This document shows, piece by piece, positions 58,868-64,000 of a stretch of 64,000 nucleotides of DNA; the stretch's first letter is position 1, and every line of letters starts with the position of its first letter. The stretch covers positions 204,999 to 268,998 of the forward strand of contig CAWEPK010000009.1 of NCBI GenBank assembly GCA_963810935.1. Reading direction: 5' to 3'. This DNA comes from an uncultured delta proteobacterium (lineage in GTDB: Bacteria > Desulfobacterota > Syntrophorhabdia > Syntrophorhabdales > WCHB1-27). The translations under genes and the position numbers were made by a program. The notes beneath the pieces were generated by a model. That model was not told the DNA's origin, did no database searches, and was given only the letters and a program-made list of their open reading frames with translations.

Positions 58868-59002
58868 GCCATATATACGGGGCTTTAGAGAACAACGGAG
58901 AGCTTCACTTCAAGATGGCCACCCGGCTGTTTTATGGTTCTGGTCACAATCAGATGTCGGGAACATTAGAGCGGGTCGCAAAATAAAGTGAGTTTCGCGT
59001 AG

Positions 59003-59083
59003 CCGTCACCCCGATGAAAATCGGGGCCCAGACCTTTCCTGCTCGTTCGAAATAGTGGATACCGGCTTTCTCCGGTATGACGG
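59003..59083. repeat. Compound palindromic element (two hairpins closed by an outer stem)
   Basis: CCGTC-A-CCCCGAT-GAAA-ATCGGGG ... ATACCGG-CTTTCT-CCGGTAT-GACGG. Single copy in this window. Confidence 0.5.
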
Positions 59084-59205
59084 AAGAGGGCAAAGCGGTC
59101 GGCGTGAAAGACGTACCTCGCTTGCAATCATCTTATCACAGACCGTTAGAATAGTATGACTTTATAAACACACCAAAAAAATTGAAAAGCACACGTCATA
59201 TTACA

Positions 59206-59917
59206 CTAGAACCGGTAGTACCACCAGATGTCGAAGGCTTCGTTTTTGATCTTGTCTCTGATGTGCTCTTTTTCCTTTGTGATGAAGTCCCTTGACTGGC
59301 CCGCTATCTCCTTGGGGTAATGGCCGAGCAGGTACTCTTCCTCGATCATGAATATGCCCGCGTTTTTGAGCCTGCCCCGTAGGTGCTCCGTGCTGTCGGG
59401 CTTCATCATTAGGAAATGGGGGTAGTAATAAAGGGGTATGAAGGGGAAGCAGCGGTGCTTTGTTCCTTCCCTGGCGCGGTACATGATCTTAAGCCGCTCG
59501 ACGTAGCCTTCCCTGCCGTCGGTCTCAAGCATCGCTTTGATGTCGGAATCCGTGAAGCCTTCAGACTCCATTATGGAGGTGAAGGTTGCAAAATGGACAA
59601 GACACGCGTATTTGGTGGCGTTGAGGATGCCCCGGAAAATGAGCTTTCTCCGCGCGAGCCTGTCGACGTCGTCGTAGAAGCGCATGATGCCCTTGATGCG
59701 CCGGTTCGTCTCCTCTCCGTCCGCGATGCTCAAGATGCCCGCCTTCCCTTTTTATAATGCCGTGGCCGACAAGGGCCTCTATCGCCTGGCGCGCATATTG
59801 CCTGTCCGGAAGGCTATCGACGACGGCCTCCTCGCTACGCCCTTTCCCTTCGTTCAAAAGAAGGTGCAGAACGCGCGGCACGGCAGGCGCGTCGAGCAGG
59901 ACGTTGAAGCTGCCCAT
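59206..59917 (-). CDS. Hypothetical protein with N-terminal winged-helix-like domain; apparent +1 frameshift in an A5 run (59749-59753)
   Basis: ORF 59561-59917 reads MGSFNVLLDAPAVPRVLHLLLNEGKGRSEEAVVDSLPDRQYARQAIEALVGHGIIK, then junk. The overlapping frame continues GKAGILSIADGEETNRRIKGIMRFYDD... to 59206. Span is 712 nt = 3n+1. Divergent from the AAA+/vWA pair. Confidence 0.55.
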
Positions 59918-59997
59918 AGGTTGACTTGGCCTCCAATCTAATCTATATTATTCACGTTATTGGGCTTCCGAAAACCCCATAAACAACGGCCGAAGAG

Positions 59998-61536
59998 ATG
60001 CTCAACACCACAACGCGCCAAAATGCAGAACTGTTAGAGCGCTACCAGCCTATCCCGATTTCCTACTTATTAAGATACTCCATCCTCAAAAGGATTGAAA
60101 GGGGAGAGGAGGTCCTGGAGGACATCCAGGGCAGGCAGGAGGTAAAACAGGACGTGATCCGCGCCCTCCTGTCGGGATCGCAGCCGTACCTGGTTTCCGA
60201 GGAGGGCACCGGCAAGACGCGCCTGGCGAGGTCGATCAGCAGGCTGCTTTTGCCCGTGCCGAAGATCGCAGGATGCCCGTACAACGATGACCCCAAGTGG
60301 CCGAAAGAGCGCATGTGCCCGCGCTGCCGGGAGACTGACGACCCTGCCGCGAAATTCGGGATAGAGTGGATAACCGGCCAGGAAAGGTTCTCCAGGATAC
60401 AGGGCAACGAGTATACGAACGAGGCAAAGCTCCTCGGCTTAAAGGACATACAGGCCATAGCGCGGGGCATGAGCCCGAAAGACCCGCTGGCTTTCGCCGG
60501 CACCGGCGTTTTCCGGGCCAACCGGGGCGTGCTTTTCATCGACGAGCTGCCCGCCATACGGACGAAGGTGCAGGTCCTCCTCCACCCGATCATCGAGGAG
60601 AAAAAGGCGATACTTGAAGAATACAACTGGGAATACCCCCTCGACATTATCGTCGTCTCCACCGGGAACCCGGAAGGGTTCTCGCACGTAAACGAGGTGC
60701 CCAGGCCGCTTCTCGACAGGCTTGAAACCATCTATATGGACCTGCCCGACGAGGAGACGGAATTGACGATCATGATGATGGAGCGGTTCGGCGGAAGGGA
60801 CGGGTCGGGACCTGCCGAGGCCTTCCCGACCGAGTTCCCCAGGATGGAAGAGGTCAAGCGGCGGGTGCTCGCGCCCTGGTGGATGCTCTCCCTTATCAAT
60901 AAATCGGCGAGGCAGAGCAGGACGTGCCGCTGGCTCGACAAGAAGGCGAGCATCAGGGGCACTACAAGGGCCATCGACCACACGTATTCCTCGACCGAGA
61001 TGGAGAGGCGGCGCGTAACGCGGCTCGCCGACGTAACGGCCGGGTTGAAACTCGCCCTGCGCGGACGCGTCCAGCTCCGCCAGGACCTTGTCGATTTCGA
61101 GAACCCCAGGGAAACCATGCGTAAGGTGGACGAGTTGTCCGAAGACCTCGTTCGAAACGGCCTGCTGGACTTGGGCAACGAAGTTGCCGCCACCTGGGAC
61201 AGGGAGGAGATGGAGAAAGAAGCGGCGGCGCTCGTGGACCTGCCGGGACGGGAATGGCCCTCCTTTATGCGCGAATCAGCGGTCCTGAAGGAAAGGCTCC
61301 AACAGATAGAGAACATGGGGCGGGAAAGATACAGGCTGGACAGGGTGGTCGCCGAAGGCGAGGACCTGCTGCGTGAGGTCGAGCGGTCGAGCGAAGTCCG
61401 GAACGAGTACCTGACGTCCGCCGCCGAGTTCATCGTCAACATCTGCGCTGTGAAGAAGTGGGTCTACCTGCAGGACGGGCGCGACTTTTATATCCCGAAG
61501 GAGATTACTTGGGCCCAAAAGGGAACCTGGAAATAG
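59998..61536 (+). CDS. ChlI/BchI-like AAA+ ATPase with Cys4 zinc-ribbon insert and long helical C-terminal extension
   Basis: Walker A EEGTGKTRLARS, then LLPVPKIAGCPYNDDPKWPKERMCPRCR (as in the Mg-chelatase I subunit), Walker B VLFIDELP, sensor STGNPEG and PLLDRL. Confidence 0.8.
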   Translation: MLNTTTRQNAELLERYQPIPISYLLRYSILKRIERGEEVLEDIQGRQEVKQDVIRALLSGSQPYLVSEEGTGKTRLARSISRLLLPVPKIAGCPYNDDPKWPKERMCPRCRETDDPAAKFGIEWITGQERFSRIQGNEYTNEAKLLGLKDIQAIARGMSPKDPLAFAGTGVFRANRGVLFIDELPAIRTKVQVLLHPIIEEKKAILEEYNWEYPLDIIVVSTGNPEGFSHVNEVPRPLLDRLETIYMDLPDEETELTIMMMERFGGRDGSGPAEAFPTEFPRMEEVKRRVLAPWWMLSLINKSARQSRTCRWLDKKASIRGTTRAIDHTYSSTEMERRRVTRLADVTAGLKLALRGRVQLRQDLVDFENPRETMRKVDELSEDLVRNGLLDLGNEVAATWDREEMEKEAAALVDLPGREWPSFMRESAVLKERLQQIENMGRERYRLDRVVAEGEDLLREVERSSEVRNEYLTSAAEFIVNICAVKKWVYLQDGRDFYIPKEITWAQKGTWK

Positions 61537-61556
61537 CGGGCCTGTGCGACCGTTGC

Positions 61557-62807
61557 ATGGCATGCAGCGAGGCAAGCGACGAAGGCATGCTCTATGACCT
61601 CGCCCACATGGACGACCGTTCCGTCTCGAACCTGGTCAATGAGTGCCAGCAGGGCGCCAACGGGCTGCAGGAGAAGGCCCGCAGCAATGCAAGGAAGCGC
61701 CTCGAAGAGAGCCGCGACGCAATGCAGTCGAAGAAGGGGGAGCTCCGCGACCTCAAGGAAGGGTTTTCATACAAGCTCCTCGAACAACTGGCCGGCGGCG
61801 CAGACGTGGACGAGCTTCTCGCGCAGTACCTCAATGACGAATACCGGAAGCGCCTGGAAGAAGAGGTTGCGATGCTCGACCGCACGGAAGAGGCCATACA
61901 GCCGGAAGACGTCGAAAACAGCCTAAAGGAATACGTCGAAAAAGATCTGGTCGAGATAGGTGAGGACGGCGTAAAGATAACACCCAGGGGCTCCAACAAG
62001 CTCGCCCGGTACGTCCTGCGCCGCATCTGGGAAAACCTGGCCGCAGCCCACCCCGGCTCAAACGCCACTAAAGAAGAAGGCTTCGGAATGAGCGACGGCT
62101 TCCGTATCAGGAAGTACGAGTTCGGCGACGAGTTTTTCAAGATCGACATGGAGACTACTCTTTTGTCCGCCCTGGAGTCAGGAAAAAAACGGGATGGGCG
62201 CATCGAGTTCGACCAGGACGACCTTTCCGTCAGGGAGACGATCGTCGATACGAAGCTGTGCGTAGGTTTGATTATCGACGAGAGCGGCAGCATGAGCGGC
62301 GACAAGATGCACGCTGCGATGGACATATCCTTGGCCCTCTCCGAGCTTATGCGGAGGAATTCGAGAGACAAGATAAGGCTTTTCCTTTTTTCCAACCAGG
62401 TGCGGGAGCTGGCGTACTGGGACATGCTCAACGTAACGTTCGCCGGTGGCACAACGGACATCAGGCGGGCGATGCGCAGGTTCAGGACGGCCACTGCGGG
62501 GGAGACCGGTGAAAAGCAGGTCTATCTCATAACCGACAGCGAGCCGAACTGCGAGGACGGGAAGTATATAGGCTTCGAGAAGGCAACGCTCGGCGTCCTC
62601 CAGGAAGCGATCATTTACCAGAAAGAGGGCATCACCCTCAACATAATAATGCTCGACAATACCCCCCACCTGCGGGAGTTTGCCTCGGTCCTTGCCAGGC
62701 GCAATCTCGGAAGGGTCTTCTTCGCAGAGCCCAAGGAGCTCGGCAAGGTTGTCATGGAGGATTACCTTCGGACCAGAAAGAGGCAGCGCTTAAGGAAGGC
62801 GGTATAA
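61557..62807 (+). CDS. von Willebrand factor A (vWA) domain protein with coiled-coil/winged-helix-like N-terminal half
   Basis: MIDAS motif IIDESGSMSGDK ... GGTTD ... LITDSEPN in the C-terminal half. Start is ATG 61557 or 61587; the track start at 61458 overlaps the ATPase gene. Confidence 0.8.
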   Translation: MACSEASDEGMLYDLAHMDDRSVSNLVNECQQGANGLQEKARSNARKRLEESRDAMQSKKGELRDLKEGFSYKLLEQLAGGADVDELLAQYLNDEYRKRLEEEVAMLDRTEEAIQPEDVENSLKEYVEKDLVEIGEDGVKITPRGSNKLARYVLRRIWENLAAAHPGSNATKEEGFGMSDGFRIRKYEFGDEFFKIDMETTLLSALESGKKRDGRIEFDQDDLSVRETIVDTKLCVGLIIDESGSMSGDKMHAAMDISLALSELMRRNSRDKIRLFLFSNQVRELAYWDMLNVTFAGGTTDIRRAMRRFRTATAGETGEKQVYLITDSEPNCEDGKYIGFEKATLGVLQEAIIYQKEGITLNIIMLDNTPHLREFASVLARRNLGRVFFAEPKELGKVVMEDYLRTRKRQRLRKAV

Positions 62808-62821
62808 CTTCCGGCGTTGAC

Positions 62822-63415
62822 TCACCTTCCCCTATGCAGCACCCTGTTTTCTTTCCCTGCCAGAAGCCGCCTGATATTCTCCCTGTGCTTCACGGTTATC
62901 ATCACTGCCATCACAGCGCATACCGAGATATAGCTTACAGGCGCGCCCAGCGCCGCCAGCACGAACGGCATAAGCACCGCACCGCAAATGGAGCCTAGGG
63001 AGACATAGCCGCCCACGAGGAAGATGACGAGGAAGACGACGAACACTATAAGCACTGCAAGAGGTCCGAGTGCGAGGAAGACGCCCAGCGCAGTCGCAAC
63101 GCCCTTGCCGCCTTTGAACTTGAGGTACAGCGGGAACAGGTGGCCCGCGAAAGCCGCAAGCCCCGCTGCCGCAACCGCCACTTCCGGCTGCCCCGATTTT
63201 ATCGCAAGCCATACGGGAATAAACCCTTTAAGCACATCGCACAGGAGGGTGACTATGCCTGTCGTCCTGCCTGCGGCGCGCATGACGTTCGTCGCCCCTA
63301 TGTTGCCGCTGCCGACCTTCCTGGGGTCTGCGCCCTTTCCCTTTGCGAGGAGCAGGCCCACTGGCACCGAGCCGAGCAGGTACGAGCCTATCACCCATAG
63401 AACCGACAGCGCCAT
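62822..63415 (-). CDS. plsY: Glycerol-3-phosphate acyltransferase PlsY
   Basis: GSYLLGSVPVGLLLAK...GSGNIGATNVMRAAG...FKGGKGVAT. Confidence 0.95.
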   Translation of the reverse strand: MALSVLWVIGSYLLGSVPVGLLLAKGKGADPRKVGSGNIGATNVMRAAGRTTGIVTLLCDVLKGFIPVWLAIKSGQPEVAVAAAGLAAFAGHLFPLYLKFKGGKGVATALGVFLALGPLAVLIVFVVFLVIFLVGGYVSLGSICGAVLMPFVLAALGAPVSYISVCAVMAVMITVKHRENIRRLLAGKENRVLHRGR

Positions 63416-63427
63416 CTGACTCTCCCT

Positions 63428-63661
63428 CTACGACCGCCTGTATAGCTCGTTCAACAGCCTTTTGAAGCGCGGCGCGTAGACTATGTCGAAAGTCTCCTCT
63501 TTTTCGGGAAAGAGGCCTAAGGCAAAGCGCTTCACGCTTTCCACGACCAGCATCGCCTCGTCATGCGAAAGCTGCTGGGTCCTGATGTACTCCAGGCTGA
63601 AATCGACCATGAAGCGCAGCCGCCTTACCTTTTTATTCTCCTCGCGCAGGTCGTCGTCCAT
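63428..63661 (-). CDS. Hypothetical small protein (77 aa)
   Basis: Compact ORF packed between lspA and plsY (3-nt and 12-nt gaps). Helical, charged; no motif recognised. Confidence 0.5.
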   Translation of the reverse strand: MDDDLREENKKVRRLRFMVDFSLEYIRTQQLSHDEAMLVVESVKRFALGLFPEKEETFDIVYAPRFKRLLNELYRRS

Positions 63662-63664
63662 GTC

Positions 63665-64000
63665 TTATCGCCCCTGCTTATGCTGCCTGTCCTTGCGCAG
63701 GCCCTCACCCGTAAAAAGCTGCGCAAATATCCATAACCCGATGCCGAAAGTAATCGACATGTCGGCCACGTTGAAGGCAGGCCAGTAATAAGTCTTGTAA
63801 GACACGAGTATGAAATCGACCACGGAGCCGTAAGCAAACCGGTCGTACATGTTGCCGGTGGCCCCGGAGAGCACGAAGGTAAGGGACAGCCTCGTCCAGA
63901 TGGGGAGCCTGCGCATAACGAGATAATATGCCAGTCCCGCGATGATCGCCAGGGGGATCAGGAGGAATATATAACGGCCCGCATCGCTTTGCGACAGCAT
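63665..64000 (-). CDS. lspA: Lipoprotein signal peptidase II, 5' end outside the window
   Basis: …SGATGNMYDRFAYGSVVDFI…WPAFNVADMSITFG… LspA C-terminal motifs. Only ~111 aa are present, and the Met at the window edge is probably internal. Confidence 0.85.
   Translation of the reverse strand: MLSQSDAGRYIFLLIPLAIIAGLAYYLVMRRLPIWTRLSLTFVLSGATGNMYDRFAYGSVVDFILVSYKTYYWPAFNVADMSITFGIGLWIFAQLFTGEGLRKDRQHKQGR

Noticed and set aside
60063-62494. Minus-strand ORFs of 220-300 aa opposite the AAA+ and vWA genes
   Set aside because: Ser/Arg-rich shadow ORFs. Walker A/B and MIDAS motifs identify the plus strand as coding.

Overview
GC-rich chromosomal window from a Gram-negative bacterium (Tol-Pal genes are present). 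The gene order resembles delta-proteobacteria/Desulfobacterota, but I cannot assign taxonomy from sequence alone. Most of it is core genome. On the minus strand: ribD-nrdR-dCMP deaminase-glyA-rpiB, then fabF-acpP-fabG-fabD-(acyl-CoA dehydrogenase)-plsX-rpmF-yceD, then glgB. On the plus strand: a kdpE-kdpD-kdpA-kdpB-kdpC potassium-pump locus (with a convergent, kinase-less KdpD sensor paralogue on the minus strand) and tolB-pal-cpoB. The classical tRNA(Thr-Tyr-Gly-Thr)-tuf-rpmG-tRNA(Trp)-secE-nusG-rplKAJL-rpoBC block follows on the minus strand, then rpoD, then a mixed accessory/metabolic stretch (45-62 kb), and finally plsY and lspA. The best candidate for an undescribed system is a three-gene plus-strand cassette at 9.68-14.43 kb. 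It encodes a tandem-HTH protein fused to an EEP phosphoesterase, a Fic/Doc-like protein and a double-HKD PLD-fold protein. It lies against the strand between two core operons and I cannot match it to any named system. Other points worth a second look: an acyl-CoA dehydrogenase in the slot normally held by fabH; KdpC fused to an ImmA/IrrE-like HExxH domain; a split KdpD; an RHH-PilZ fusion; a protein about 40 percent histidine; a ChlI-like AAA+ (Zn-ribbon insert) plus vWA pair beside a MoxR-DUF58-DUF4129 operon; a dispersed two-hairpin repeat family with compensatory changes; tRNA-Gly 3'-half mimics inside the tRNA operon; and an orphan promoter plus intrinsic terminator just upstream of rpoD. 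Four genes, including essential rpoB, each carry exactly one extra nucleotide. One locus looks like a deletion join between a cation/H+ antiporter and a GCS2 ligase. Together these suggest either assembly indel errors or real decay, so all fine-scale calls need that caveat. No rRNA, CRISPR array, transposase or prophage was seen. All calls come from motif recognition by eye; no database search was run.
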